Source: the human T2T-CHM13v2.0 reference genome, Homo sapiens
NCBI RefSeq assembly: GCF_009914755.1
Contig: NC_060938.1
DNA length: 64,000 nt
Reading direction: 5' to 3' (one strand)
Both the position numbers and the translations under genes were made by a program. Below are positions 42,636 through 56,175 of this stretch, piece after piece. The notes under the pieces were generated by a model. The model had not been told where the DNA came from. It was given only the letters and a program-made list of their open reading frames with translations, and did not search any database. Position 1 is the stretch's first letter; every line of letters begins with the position of its first letter.

Positions 42636-45600
42636 TCAGCTCCCTACCACCCCTTCCAGGGTCAGTGGCCTCCAAAACCAGCCTCCCCTTTTAGGTGGGG
42701 GGCAGCATAAGCAAAATCCTCTTTGAAGTTACTCAAGCTAGAAAGGCTTTATGGAGACTAAGTGGGGTCCCTTCTTCCTGCCCCACACAGTAGAGAGGAT
42801 TGCAGGGCCAAGTGGGTCCCAGGAGCGGGAGGGCCTCCAGTGACAGCCCGGGCCGGTGCTGGTCTCCATCAGTGAACGGGATCACGATGAAGGCCCACTG
42901 ACTTGCACACGTTCTCTCTGATGCTTTTCTTCCACCTTCAGATCGCAGCGGAGCCCTTAGATGGTCGTGCCCTTCATCTGCGTGGTCTTTCCCCGGAAGT
43001 CTGAAGAGTACAATCCTTTTCTCTGGGTGGCTTTTCTCATTAGATGCCAGGTTGAGTGGCATCTGGGCAAGTGTGGCCCCTCACTGTCACCTGTCAGTGG
43101 ACAGGTTAAAGCTGGCAGAGGTACGTGGTCCACTGCCCAGCTATAACTGAGGTCCCAAGCCAAACTGCACGGCAAGTCTGGGGCAGAGATGGGTCCCGAC
43201 GTCCCTGGGCTGGGCCCAGGGTTCCCGGCTCTGTGGCTCACGTGCCGCTTGTGTGATGTAGAGACTGGCTTCGGGTGCCGTGAATAAACCATGGCTGCTT
43301 TCTCCAGGTTTGCTTTGGTTCCTTTCTGTTGTGGTCTGTGTAGTGAGAATGGTGGGAGTCTTGCACGTGAGCAGTTAAGGAGTGTGTTCAGAGCTGGAAG
43401 TCTTGGTTCTGAGAGCAGGCTAGCCTGGTCATAGTTCTCATCGTTTCCGCACCGTCTCTAAAAAGGTGTCGCTTTGCAAATAACATTTAACTCGTGTTCT
43501 CCCCAGGGTGAGATTCTGCCAGGAGCACCTGCCACAGAGGCCAGCATTGGAGCCTCAGGGGCTACGTGCAGGGCCAAGGCTGGCCTTCTCCCTCTGGGGG
43601 ACGCCAGTGGAGGTGACCTCCACAGCACGCCGGCCAGCTGGCACCAAGCTCCCGGATGTTGTGGCTGTGTAGAACCAGATTCTGTCTTGTGGTACTTTGT
43701 CCACGATCTCAGGAGAGAAGCGCTAGTCTGCCCGCCCGCGTGCCTGCCATGAAACGGGTCCCAGGGCCTGTGTGCGTCTTACTTTTGTTTGGGTTGGAAA
43801 GGGTGACCTTGGGGGTTGAATGACCAGAGAGGGTATTGAACAGTCCCAGGTGGATGAGGGATGAGCTGGCGCCCAGCCCACACTCTCATCCACATCCCAC
43901 AGCTGTCTCCTTGAGGTTCTGTCTTCTCTGACACTCACAGGCCAGGGGTCGTGGGGGTCAGAAGGGGAAGCCCTCCCAGAACCCAGAGCTAGGAGACCGT
44001 CCAGGCCTGACAGAGCTTCAGGACATGTCCTTTCTCTGACGTGGCCTGTGGCCCTCACAGTCCTATCTGGCTGTCAGAATCTCCAGTCCGAGCAGCACCT
44101 GCAGGGGCAGGAACATGGCCTTGCTGCTTTATTGTAAATTGTTTTGAACCAAAATATTTTTCATATATATTCTGGTGCAACAAGGTGTAATTCTCTTAAC
44201 TTAGTATTATAAATTAGAATCAAACCCAAACCAAGAGCTGGAGTATTTTTTTATCACTTAATTTTGAACTGAAGTCTCTAGCGGGAATAAAACAGTGACT
44301 CTGCGGGGAGCCAAGCAGCTGACTAATATTAGAGCCAAGGCTTGCCCCGTTCCTCTCACGGTGTGGGGGCTGATGGGACGCCGTGCAGATTCTGCCTGGG
44401 GAGCTCCTTTGCCTGATGGCAACTGGTAAAGCCTGGAATTGCCAGCTGTCCTGCTTCTGGTGCACAGCCCAGCAGCTCCCGCACGCTGCTGAGCACAGGT
44501 GAAGCGTGGGTGGGCTCCCCTTGCCAGGTCCTCCGTCGGCCGGGCCGGGCCTTGCCCCTTTTCTCCCATGAAAAGGAAGCAGAAGGACAGGGTAAAACCC
44601 CACTCCCTCCCTGAAGAGCAGGCGGATTGGGGCAGCAGGGTCCCTGTCACCGGGAGTTTGACACGGATGACCATTTGGGCAGTGGATCCCCCACGCTGTG
44701 CTCTCGAGGGAAGCTGCAGCCGGGATCCTTCCATGGGGGCCTAGGTGTCTGTTTCTCGTCTTCCTCTTCTACCACCTGATAATCTTTAGACTGAATCACA
44801 GGCAGATAGAAACAAGGTGACTTTTTTCATTTGATTCTCTTTTGAATGGCGCTTTTTCCTCCTGTTGCCTCCAGTGTTCACCACGGCAAAGTGAGTCCAT
44901 CTCCAGCAAGTGACAGGTGCCAAGATGAAGGGTCCAGTGACTCGCACAAGTCCTCAGCGGCATGCAGGGCGCCGAGGCCCCTTCCCTGCCACCCGGAGTG
45001 CTGTGTCGCACCCCCTGCTTCTGGGCATGCCTGGCACTGATGCCAACGCAGGGCCACAGCAGGCCCAGCACACTCCAGGGCTTGTGCCTGCAGGACTGTC
45101 TCCTGGGGCTTGCTGGGGTCACTGCTGGAGAACTGGAGGCCGGGCCCTTTGGGCCTTCGCTTCGCCTTCCGGTTAACTCCTCTTAGAGACCACCGTTTTC
45201 CCCTTTGCTCTGACGGGCGGGCTCCAGGGAGTCCCTGGTCAAGCACCCTGGGGTCCTCTTGGGTTTTTCACCGGTGGCCAACGTGCTTCCTGAGTGCTGC
45301 AGCATGGGGACCCTGAGTTTTGATCATGGGCACATTCTCTGCATGGCGATGCATTCTAAAAGAACTGTTAACCAGGGCTGCCATCAAAAGGGCGAAGCCT
45401 GCTAACGGGAACCCCCAGTTCCGTTATGCCAGTATGGACTACAGAAGACGAGAGGAGGACAGGTTTGAGGGCGGTTGATTCAAGATCTCTCTGGAAGCTG
45501 GGCCCAGTGGAGAGTGGGACAGTGGAGGGCATGAAGGTGGTTCTAGTTGGCTCCTAGCTGCCACCACAATTGGCATCAAGGCGTTAGCCAGCAGAAACTG

Positions 45601-46042
45601 GAGAATGAGTGTGCATTTGTTTTGTGCTAATGGGAGAATAGGAAGCCTGCAGCCCTCGCGTTGGGTCGCTTTCTAGGGGTGCGGCTTTGTAGGGACCAGC
45701 TGGCGGAAGCAGCGTGTCCCTCAACATCAGGCTCTGGCAGCCTGGTGGCTGCGCCACCTCTGCGTCTCAGCAGCCGCCCTCCCCTGGGAGTGATGGAAAG
45801 CAGCCGAGTCCTCTGGGGCCTCACACTCAGTGAGAGGAAGTCTAAGGAAGGGTGCTGTCCCTCATGGCCGTCAGAAGCCACCTGCAGCCACTAAGTATGT
45901 AAATTGGGGCCAGTCCAACCTGAAAAGTGCCATAACGTGTCAACCACACAGCACACCTCAAAGGCTTCTTACCAAAAAAGTCATTAGTAATTTTTATATT
46001 GCTGAATATTATATGAAACATCTTCAGTTAAAATATTAAAAT

Positions 46043-46374
<332 letters not shown>

Positions 46375-46380
46375 CTATCT

Positions 46381-46630
46381 TTTCATTTTTTGAGACAGGG
46401 TCTTGCTCTATCCCCCAGGCTGGAGTGCAGTGGATCGCGGCTCATTGCACCCTGCATCTCCTGGGCTCAAGCCATCCTCCTGCCACACAGCCTCCTGAGT
46501 AGCTGGGATGACAGCCGTGCGCCACCACACCCGGCTAATTTTGTATTAGTAGAGATGGAGTTTCACCATGTTGGCCAGGCTGGTCTCAGACTCCTGGGCT
46601 CAAGTAATCTCCCCACCTCAGCCTCCCACA
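46381..46630 (-). mobile_element. Alu (AluJ-like, incomplete)
   Basis: Antisense Alu starting about 40 bp after the preceding sense Alu. Confidence 0.88.
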
Positions 46631-48354
46631 GGGCTGGCTGTCACTTGTTTTTAAGTTGTTAAACGTGCTCCCGGGAAGCTAAACTTAACACAGGACTGGT
46701 AGAGACACCACCTTCCTGTGGGTGGGGCTGCCTCCTACCTGGAGCAGCACTCACCTCCACCTGGCACTCCGTGAAAGGGGAGGGAGACTCTGTGGCTGCC
46801 AGATGAGGGTGGCCCCTCTCCGTCTGTCCCCAGGCTGGGTCACCACCACTTTCTCCCTCTGCCAGGAGTAGATGACTTTTCTGTTGCCGGGGGGAAGGGA
46901 GGTGCCTCCTGGTTCTGGAGATTTGTCACTTCCTGGACACCACATAGCTTGTGGAAAGCACTTTCTTAGGGTGCGCGTGGTGATGAAGGCAGAGTGTCCT
47001 GTGTGAGAGGCTTCCTTCCTCCAGACTGTCTGCGGCAGAAGTGGGGTCAGGAACCTGCTGCCCAGCTTTCCTCCACAGGCTTGATGTGTTTGAGCCAGAA
47101 GTATGGGGCGTTTGCGGGGTCCTCCACAAGTACAAACAGGGTTCTGTCCCTTTTCAGGGGTCCCAGAGGAAAAGCACTCCTATAGACTCTGAGCAGGGGC
47201 AGCTGCCACATTCCGTTTGCTTCCTGAGCTTGTCTAGGTGAACAGATTTCAGGTGGAAGGTAAGAAACGGGATGAAATGACTTGAGCGGGACAGCTTGCT
47301 TCCAGGCTTCCGGCAGCAGGGCGTGGGCGAGGCTGAAGGGCAGTTTCCGATTGTCACCTTCATTTGTGTCCACACAAGTCCAATATGTGAGAAGGTAGCA
47401 ATGTCAGCTTGAGTTAAAGGCTTGTCATTTGTAAACAGTACTCATCAGCTGAAGCCTTCTTCCATGACAGCTAAGTTGTATTCCCAGAGCTGAAAATGTG
47501 CACCTTTGGGGCTGCACTGTCGCCATCTTAATGTTCTTCATAAATGAACGCCACACTTTGATGTAATGTAATTGCTGCTCAATAGTAAATGCAAAGAAAT
47601 GGAAGTACTCTTTGCTGTGTAGGAGGTTAAACCCTCTTAGGTTTACCCAAGGTCACACCAGTATTGTAAAATCTGGGTGAGATTCCCCGCCCCCGCCCCC
47701 GACAGTGAGCCTCTCAGCAGGAGCCGCCCTAAAGAGCCAGATGCCCCCCACCATTCTTCCTGCTGGCCCTGGTGGGTTGGCCCCCACATCCCTTCTCCAC
47801 ACCCAGCTGCAGCCTCACGGCAAGACTACTTTGTTCTGGGGCTCCCCCGACCTCGGCCTGGGCCCTGCTGTCTCTACCTGTGGGGCCTACACATGTGGAC
47901 AGCTACAGCCAGGGGGTGCCACGGTCACACCACCCAACAAAGCAAGAACCCCCCAGCAGAGAATGCCCTTTCAAAGGTGCCACTGAACTCTATCCTTGGA
48001 GACAACCCCTGGCTCCGAGGGACTGGGTGTGCGGTCCAGAACTGCGGTGCCCTGGGCTCAACCCTGGCTGAAGGCGCTGAACACCTCCCACGAGGCACCT
48101 GCACCTTTGGGTCAGCAAAGCTCCAAAGAACCTGTTCTCAGGTGCTGAGAAACCACTGTCTCCCCCAAGGGCAAGGCCAGCCCTGCCCGCCCTTCTCTTG
48201 GACGGTATTGAGGCCACAGTATTGCACCCAGCAGGGTTCCAATTCTCTAGGAATGGAACGCAGTGATCTGGATAGGAATTAAATAGATGAAGTGGAGGGT
48301 TTGCTCCCACACTGGCTTCCACATCAACAGCACCAGTTTTGACCACGTGGAGCT

Positions 48355-48660
48355 GCTGGCGGAGGGCGCGCATGGTGGCTGTTGCCCGTCCGGTGTTTTG
48401 CTGGATTAATGTAGACTGCTTTGTTTGCAGGGCTCATTGTCATCCCCAAGCCAGGCCAGTTCTCCAGGTGGAACTGTAGTGTAGCGACCTCACTGCTGCG
48501 CGCACAGTCTCCCGGGACTTGGACTCGAGGGAGTGACGAGGAGGAGCTCCGAGCTGCGCCTGAGCCGTGCCAGCCGGCGGACCTCAGGCGGTGGACGTCG
48601 GCGATAGCCGTGTGGACGGTGACCGGCTCACTCTGCGGCGCCGTGCTCCCGCTGCTCACC
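48355..48660. promoter_or_regulatory. CpG-rich patch over the WDR20 distal terminal exon
   Basis: Dense CG dinucleotides by eye (ggcgcgca, ctgcgcgca, ggacgtcggcga, tgcggcgccg); not quantified. Confidence 0.55.
48431..48484 (+). CDS. WDR20: WDR20 distal terminal exon, coding part GSLSSPSQASSPGGTVV*; 3' UTR runs to about 49270
   Basis: Acceptor tgctttgtttgcag|GGC TCA TTG...GTA GTG TAG in phase 0 with the donor at 35454; resembles the C-terminus of the paralogue DMWD (...SPSGTVV); AATAAA at 48802 and 49118, ATTAAA at 49254. Confidence 0.88.
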   Translation, partial: GSLSSPSQASSPGGTVV

Positions 48661-49619
48661 CAAAGAAGTTGTTTCCATTTTAAACCGGTCTTTTGGGGCT
48701 GCAGTAAAAAATAAGAAATGGAGTTTTCTTGCTTTTTACTCTAAAATTCAATGTAATTAAATTTCATATATATATAATATATACATATATACATAGTGTA
48801 AAATAAAATGTTTCTTGGACAAGAAATCCCCTGAAATTCAGCTGTTATAGTGCTTCACTGTTTTTGCACTGATTTTTCTATACCTTAGGTGGTCAGAAGA
48901 CAACCTTGAATGCACTCATAGAGAAAACTGTTACTTTCTGACGTAATGTAATTCAGGAAGACAGACGCTGCAATCACAGATTTTAAAAAATTGTTTGCAC
49001 TTAAAAATAGTTGAATGCTGGTGGAAAGTTACTTTGCAGATGGGTGTAAGGACTCATGGCCCTCTGAGGTGCGGCGTGAAGATGCCCTTTTTACCCGTTG
49101 ACGTTTATTTTACGTAAAATAAACTGTTGTTTCCAATGCAATCAACTCTGTATTATATGTATAAATATTGTAATTCTGCAATTGGGGAAAATAGTTACTT
49201 CACTAGTAATTTTCATCATTTAAGAGTGATATTTCTAATTCACAAAAGTTAATATTAAAACTATCTTGAATATACCGCTTGTTTATCTTCTGTTAAATTG
49301 GCTTAGTTTGTCCTGTACATTTGGGTTGAACTGGTTGGTATGGAATTGTTTTGTCTTTTTCACCCCATGTTACTTGAAGCCCCCTCACCAGTCACACTTG
49401 AGATGGGCTGTTCAAGAATATGGCTCAGGAGGGCGTGGGCTCTGTGGTCGCCTCACAGCCTCAGCTGTCTGTGGCCACTGTGGGCAGCTGCACGTCTGCA
49501 CAGGGCTTCAGGATCACGTTTCCATACAACTCCGAGTCCTCCTTTCGTCATTGAAAGCCTGTGACCACACATAACACAGTTTCTACAGTGAGTATGAACA
49601 TGGGACATGAACTAGCTAA

Positions 49620-49940
<321 letters not shown>

Positions 49941-50669
49941 TTACCTGAGATTTTTCTTACTTGGTTGAAACCAGCTCGTGAGCATCTGAGTTTAGGGCAT
50001 CCCACACCTGCTCAGCGAGTTACTGGAATCCCAACAGAATGTGCAGCTACCAAGCAGAAGAATGTTTATTTATTTTTTTAAAAAATCATATACAACTGGA
50101 TCCTTCGAAAGCTTTATTTTGTGAGACTTTAAACCATGAAGTGTCTGAAACCTATTTCTCTAATTCATCACATTAAATTGGGGGCATGTCTTTACTTTCA
50201 GGCTTTTGAGGGGAGGTATGCTACATTTTCACCATTTGTATGAATGCAGCCACGGAAAACTTCACATCAGCTCAGCCCTCGGTTTAGTTTTCTTCGGAGG
50301 AGACATTAGTTACAGCTTGAGTTCTCAGCCTGCCCCACTCGAAGGCGCCAGCAGGGACTCTGGATCACGGGGCCATGAACTATGGAGTGAGTCTTCTAGA
50401 AAGAGAAATAATAAAAGACACTAAGACTTGCTGTTCTAAATGAAAGAATCAGAATGGATGAATTAGACACATGCAGAGTGACCTCTGTATTAAAATAAGA
50501 TATTAGCATGTTTTAGGTACTTTGGTATTTCTGTCATCTTAAAGTGTTGATTGCTAGGTGCTGTCAGTTATACAGGAAGCCAAACCCAGGAGGGCCCAAA
50601 ACAGCTACAGTGAACTGCGGGTGTATTTGGAAGGCAGAAGGAACTACTTTTGAAAATAAATCTAGAATT

Positions 50670-50961
50670 ATTTTCTGTTTAAGACAGAGTCTTACCTGTC
50701 ATCCAGGCTGGAATGAAGTGGTGCGATCATAGCTCATTGTAGCCCCAACCTCCTGGGTTCAAGTGATCCTCCCATCTCAGCCTCCCGAGTAGCTGGAATC
50801 ACACGTGTGTGCCACCATACCTGGGTAATTTTTTGATATTTTGTAGAGATGGGGTCTCCTTATGTTGCCTAGGCTGGTCTCAAACTCCTGGGCTCAAGCG
50901 ATCCTCCTGCCTCAGCCTCCCAAGATGCTAGGATTACAGGTGTGAGCCACCGCACCCGGCC
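50670..50961 (-). mobile_element. Alu (AluJ-like)
   Basis: Antisense dimer flanked by tctagaatt. Confidence 0.9.
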
Positions 50962-51885
50962 AAGTCTAGAATTCTTAATCCAGCCATCTTCCTGGTCATC
51001 TCCTTATTCTGTCTCCTGTTTGTTGGAAGTGGCAGGTGAAAGTTTAATACCAGGACAATAATTGTGTAAAGATTTGAGCAGTTTGGTCAGATGATCCAGC
51101 CGTGTCCAAAACTTTTGTTGGCCCCGAGATGGCATCACTCGAGATGGTTAGTCCTAGCTCTGCCTCAGCCCAGTCTGTCACCCTTCGCTGGTTCTGGAAT
51201 GCAGTTTGCATTTGGCCATCACTGTACTAACGCTGTCAGATACGCCCCAGTTTACTCTAGATGCATGTGTGTCAGGAATAAGTCTTTATTTTTATGGTGC
51301 TGTTCCTAAGACTGCTCTGTAGCCAAGTGGGCCAACATGACTTCCAAAATCTAACTGCCTCGTAACTGTTCCCACCACTGTCACCATGGACTCAAGCATT
51401 CAGCAGGCCCTGGGCAGATGGTAGCGAGGCAGCGTCAAGGCTGGTCATGCCCTCACTCAGGTGCCCTGGAAAGACTAGCTTCCCTGGTACGATTTGGGTT
51501 TGCTCTTCTCACTTGTTGCCTTGCACTTTCTTACACTTCTGGCGTTGGAGAATGCACGGGGATTAGGCCCAGAAGAAGCCAGGAAGAGGTCGGCCGTGCC
51601 AGGGGTGGGTCTAGCTGGACTCTAGCTGCCTTGTGGCAGGCTGGCTGCACCGCAGGTGTGGGGACAGCAGAGCAGATGGGAGGTCACGGTCGCACTGCTG
51701 CCGCCTGTCACACGAAGACGTGCACGTCTGAGTGCCAGATGGAAATGGCTGATGGAGATGGCTGCTTACTGCTTCTCCCTGCAAGGCCTGCCCCCGCCAG
51801 TGTGGGGTGTGACTGGGCTCCCCTGTGCTTCTGCCCGGTGTCTTCTTTAAGGTCAGGAGGGTGAGGTGGGTGGATGAGGGTAGGC

Positions 51886-52009
51886 TCACACAAGAAGGGT
51901 GACACTGCGGCCGGGCAGCATGCAGGTGCTCAGCAGAGGGTTGAGGGATGAACGTGTTTGAATGGGGAGGAGGACGGCTGAGGCCTCATCCTCGCTTCCG
52001 TTCTGGGTT
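51886..52009 (-). CDS. MOK: Probable MOK alternative terminal exon, coding part (R)TQNGSEDEASAVLLPIQTRSSLNPLLSTCMLPGRSVTLLV*
   Basis: Minus-strand acceptor ttatccccacag|A ACC CAG AAC; phase matches the AG left by the exon ending at 58137; minus-strand AATAAA at 51285-51290 and 50113-50118; peptide matches my recollection of a RAGE isoform. Confidence 0.6.
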
Positions 52010-53170
52010 CTGTGGGGATAATTCAAGCGCTTCAATTGCATTGCACAGAAGAATGGAAATAATCCGGCCAGCCAGGGTTCACGAGCTTTCCAGTTTGGGG
52101 TGGCAGAGGCCCCGCCGGGGCCCCGGCAGCAGGGCAAGGTGGCCTCCTATGGGCTGAGCCAGCCTGGCCCCTCTGCCCTCAGCCCTGGCCCCCATCACAG
52201 GGCCCAGACGGACACAGGGAACCACACGCAGCTGAAGCGGCCTGGGGACCCTGACGCCTCCTGCCAAGAGCAGGCAGGTGCAAGGGCCAAGTGCAGGGCG
52301 GGAAGTCCAAGGGTGGCTGGCAGGATTTCCCTTTTCTCCAAATCTGTAGGAAATCATCACCCTCGGAATCTCCACCCTTGGACTTGGGAAGCTGATGTGG
52401 GAACCCTGCTGTGCGCCACAAACCCCGCCGCTCCTCCATGGAGGGGGCCTGTGGAGCTGGGCTCTGGTCCCCTGCTCACCTCCAGCCTGGAGGCCCAGCT
52501 GCCCTGGGCCCTGGCGTGCCGGGCTCGACACTGCTTCAGAGCGTTTACGCCCGAGTCTAACTAAACCAGGAGGGCCTCAAGTGGTGGACCTTGGGATGGT
52601 CCTCCTCTTGCTTTAGGGACTGTTTCTTGCCTCCAGAGGGCCCCCAGCCCCGCTGCCCCCACCACGAGGAGTGTGACAGTCAGGACAGGGCAGCTGGTGT
52701 CCTGGGCACCGGCATCTGCAGACCACATTTGCTTTCTCAAAAAAGCCTGCAGAAGAACTGTAAAGACTTTCCCTTCATATTTTATAGACATAAAGAGAGT
52801 AACACGTTTCCCAAGTACACACTCAATCCGTTAACATGCCTGACCCTGAAGCCAGGCCGGGGGACAGGGCATGGCCCTCCTAGCCACCACTCCCCTACCC
52901 ACAGGTCCCTCTCTTGTGACCTGCGCGCCGCCCCCCCTACAGCCATCTCCCCAGCCTTCTGTCCCCCAGCCCTCCCTGCTGCTGGGCTCTGCCCACGGCC
53001 TTGACGTCCGACTCCCCTGGGACTCCCAGGCCCTCTGTAGAGGCAGAACGGCACCACCCCCCTGCTCAGACACCTCCCCTACAGCAAGGGCAGCCCTCAA
53101 GGCTGCACCAGGGTCTCAAATGGGTTTAAAAGGAGCCCGGGGAAAGGCCTGCACTGCACCCTGCTCTGGA

Positions 53171-53260
53171 ACATTATGGCAAGCCTCCCTTCCGGTCTGA
53201 AAATTACGGCAAGCCTCACTTCCGGTCTGAACATTACGGCAAGCCTCACTTCCGGACTGG
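53171..53260. repeat. Minisatellite, 3 x 30 bp
   Basis: acattatggcaagcctcccttccggtctga / aaattacggcaagcctcacttccggtctga / acattacggcaagcctcacttccggactgg. Confidence 0.95.
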
Positions 53261-54015
53261 AATCTGCCCTTCTTCTTGGGTTCCTTTGCCCCCATGTGGT
53301 GCAGAGTGGGCACCTGTGCCCACGGACTCGCTGCCCCACGCTCCCCGCCCTTGCCTCCTCCTCCAGCCTGCCCTCCCTCCGCGTGGCCCGCGGTCCATCT
53401 CCTGCGGCCCCGCTGTCGTGTCAGGTGGCCTGGGGCTGGGGCCAGGACCACTGGAGAGCACGTGAAGGAAGGGTGTCACAGATTTGTCTCAACAGGGGAG
53501 CAAGGAGGCTTAAACACTACTAGCCTGGGAAATTTAGCCTTTTTCAAAAATATCTCTTTAAGTTTGGGAAGATGACAAAAAAGAAAGAAGACCCAATTAC
53601 TAAGTTACTTTCCCAGATAAACAAGAGGACTTACTAGGACTTTTCTTGTGCCCAGCAGCCCGGCCAGTGCCACGGTTTCTTTGCAATGTTCCCATTCCCA
53701 TCCCCATGGGGAAACAGGTTTCTCTTTCTAGGACACAAGGTGCCCAACTTATTGTTGGCACTCAGCAAACAGCTCAAAGCACCCACTGACAGGCCAGGGG
53801 CAGGGCTCCATACTCCCCAGAGACAGCTGAGCACCAGGAGCTAAAATGACAACGTGGTCACCTTGAAGCCTATGCTCAGAAGAGACCCTTCAGGCCTGCC
53901 CTGTGCCCCGCACCACCTCGCCAGGCTGGTCACTGAGGAGCACACAGGGCTCCGAGGACACGCCTGTGTGTGTTCCTTTCTGAATGGTTCTTCAAATGAA
54001 AATTAAGCCACACCA

Positions 54016-54469
<454 letters not shown>

Positions 54470-54709
54470 TCAGGGGTGTCAGCAGCGTCACTGGTAAGAC
54501 ATGATGGCGCTCCACGACTGACCAGCAGCGCTGGGAAGGGACACGCAGAACCCACCTTCCAACCACGCCCAACACATCACAGAAATGCCTGCTCGTTTGT
54601 TTTGATTCATATACAAAGTTACAAAGTATTTCCTGCCCCAAATTCTTAACGAAAATGAAAGAAAACCCTAGAATGCGGTGGTTTTACAAGTATATTAGCC
54701 CAGAACATC

Positions 54710-55080
54710 CTAGGCAGCTGCGCGGGCCGCGGGTGCGGCAGGGCGCAGGGCAGCACCCAGAGCCCCGGCCAGCGCGAAACGGACGCAGGCGCATCCCCAG
54801 CCCTCCGTGGCGTCTCAGCAGCAGATCACCCAGGCCTGGCCCGGTCGGGCTTGGTGTTGCCTCCGAAGTCGAGACGACGGTGCTGCTCAGTTATCTTCCG
54901 CCTTTCCGCACTATGGTGGGCAGGCGACACTGCTGCGGGGCAGGCTTAAGGTCCTTCTGCGGATCTGTCTGTCAAAGAAAAATTACAGACACAAAATTCA
55001 GTGGCGGCCTGGGCTGGGTCGAAGAGCAGCGCCGTCAGAGAAGCTGGTTCCGCGCTACCTTCTTGCTCGCAGGGATGCAC
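54710..55080. promoter_or_regulatory. CpG island-like region over the MOK last exon and 3' UTR
   Basis: cgcgggccgcgggtgcgg, agcgcgaaacggacgcaggcgc and similar; not quantified. Confidence 0.6.
54891..54968 (-). CDS. MOK: MOK last coding exon: TDPQKDLKPAPQQCRLPTIVRKGGR*
   Basis: Acceptor ttttctttgacag| (ct at 54969-54970); TAA at 54891-54893; recognised as the MOK C-terminus. Confidence 0.92.
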   Translation of the reverse strand, partial: TDPQKDLKPAPQQCRLPTIVRKGGR

Positions 55081-55259
55081 TTCAAGGGTCTCAGCACCGG
55101 CACTCTTCCATTTGTTCCAGATCCAAGCACGGACTGCAGCGTGGGGCTGGAGTAAGACGACAGTCTGACCACTCCCGAAAGCTTTAGTTTGGGCAGTTCC
55201 ATGACATAGGCCGGTCCTCGTCTCTTGGGACGGTCCTCCTCTTGCTTTAGGGACTGTTT
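55059..55259 (-). CDS. MOK: MOK penultimate exon (201 nt): KQSLKQEEDRPKRRGPAYVMELPKL...LRPLKCIPASKK
   Basis: Acceptor tctgtttcaag| and donor AAG|gtagcg; phase 0/0; 90-nt intron to the last exon. Confidence 0.9.
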
Positions 55260-55489
55260 CTTGAAACAGAACAGAGGCCAGTTGGACATAAAACGCTTTC
55301 TGCTTTATGGAAATTAGGAAAAACGAAAGAGGCTCTTTTGTACTGCTTTTGCCTAATACAATTTCTTGACCATAAGATGTGACTGGGACACATCCACCAG
55401 GTCCCAGACACCCCAAGGGAGTGGCTGCCCACTAGAGTCCCACGGGGGAGGCCAAACCTTCAGGGGGAACCTGAAGAATGCCGACTGCA

Positions 55490-56175
<686 letters not shown>

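Noticed and set aside
47677-48714. 201-aa ORF and the 97-aa ORF MFAGLIVIPKPGQF...
   Set aside because: No motifs. The second is the wrong frame of the -GTVV exon, since the upstream donors are phase 0.
50206-50424. 72-aa ORF ending ...RKRNNKRH
   Set aside because: Out of phase with the WDR20 phase-0 donors at the nearby acceptor; retained only as part of the overlap finding.
53171-53260. Regular 30-bp repeats resembling a CRISPR array
   Set aside because: Contiguous units with no unique spacers, a eukaryotic context and no cas genes: a minisatellite.
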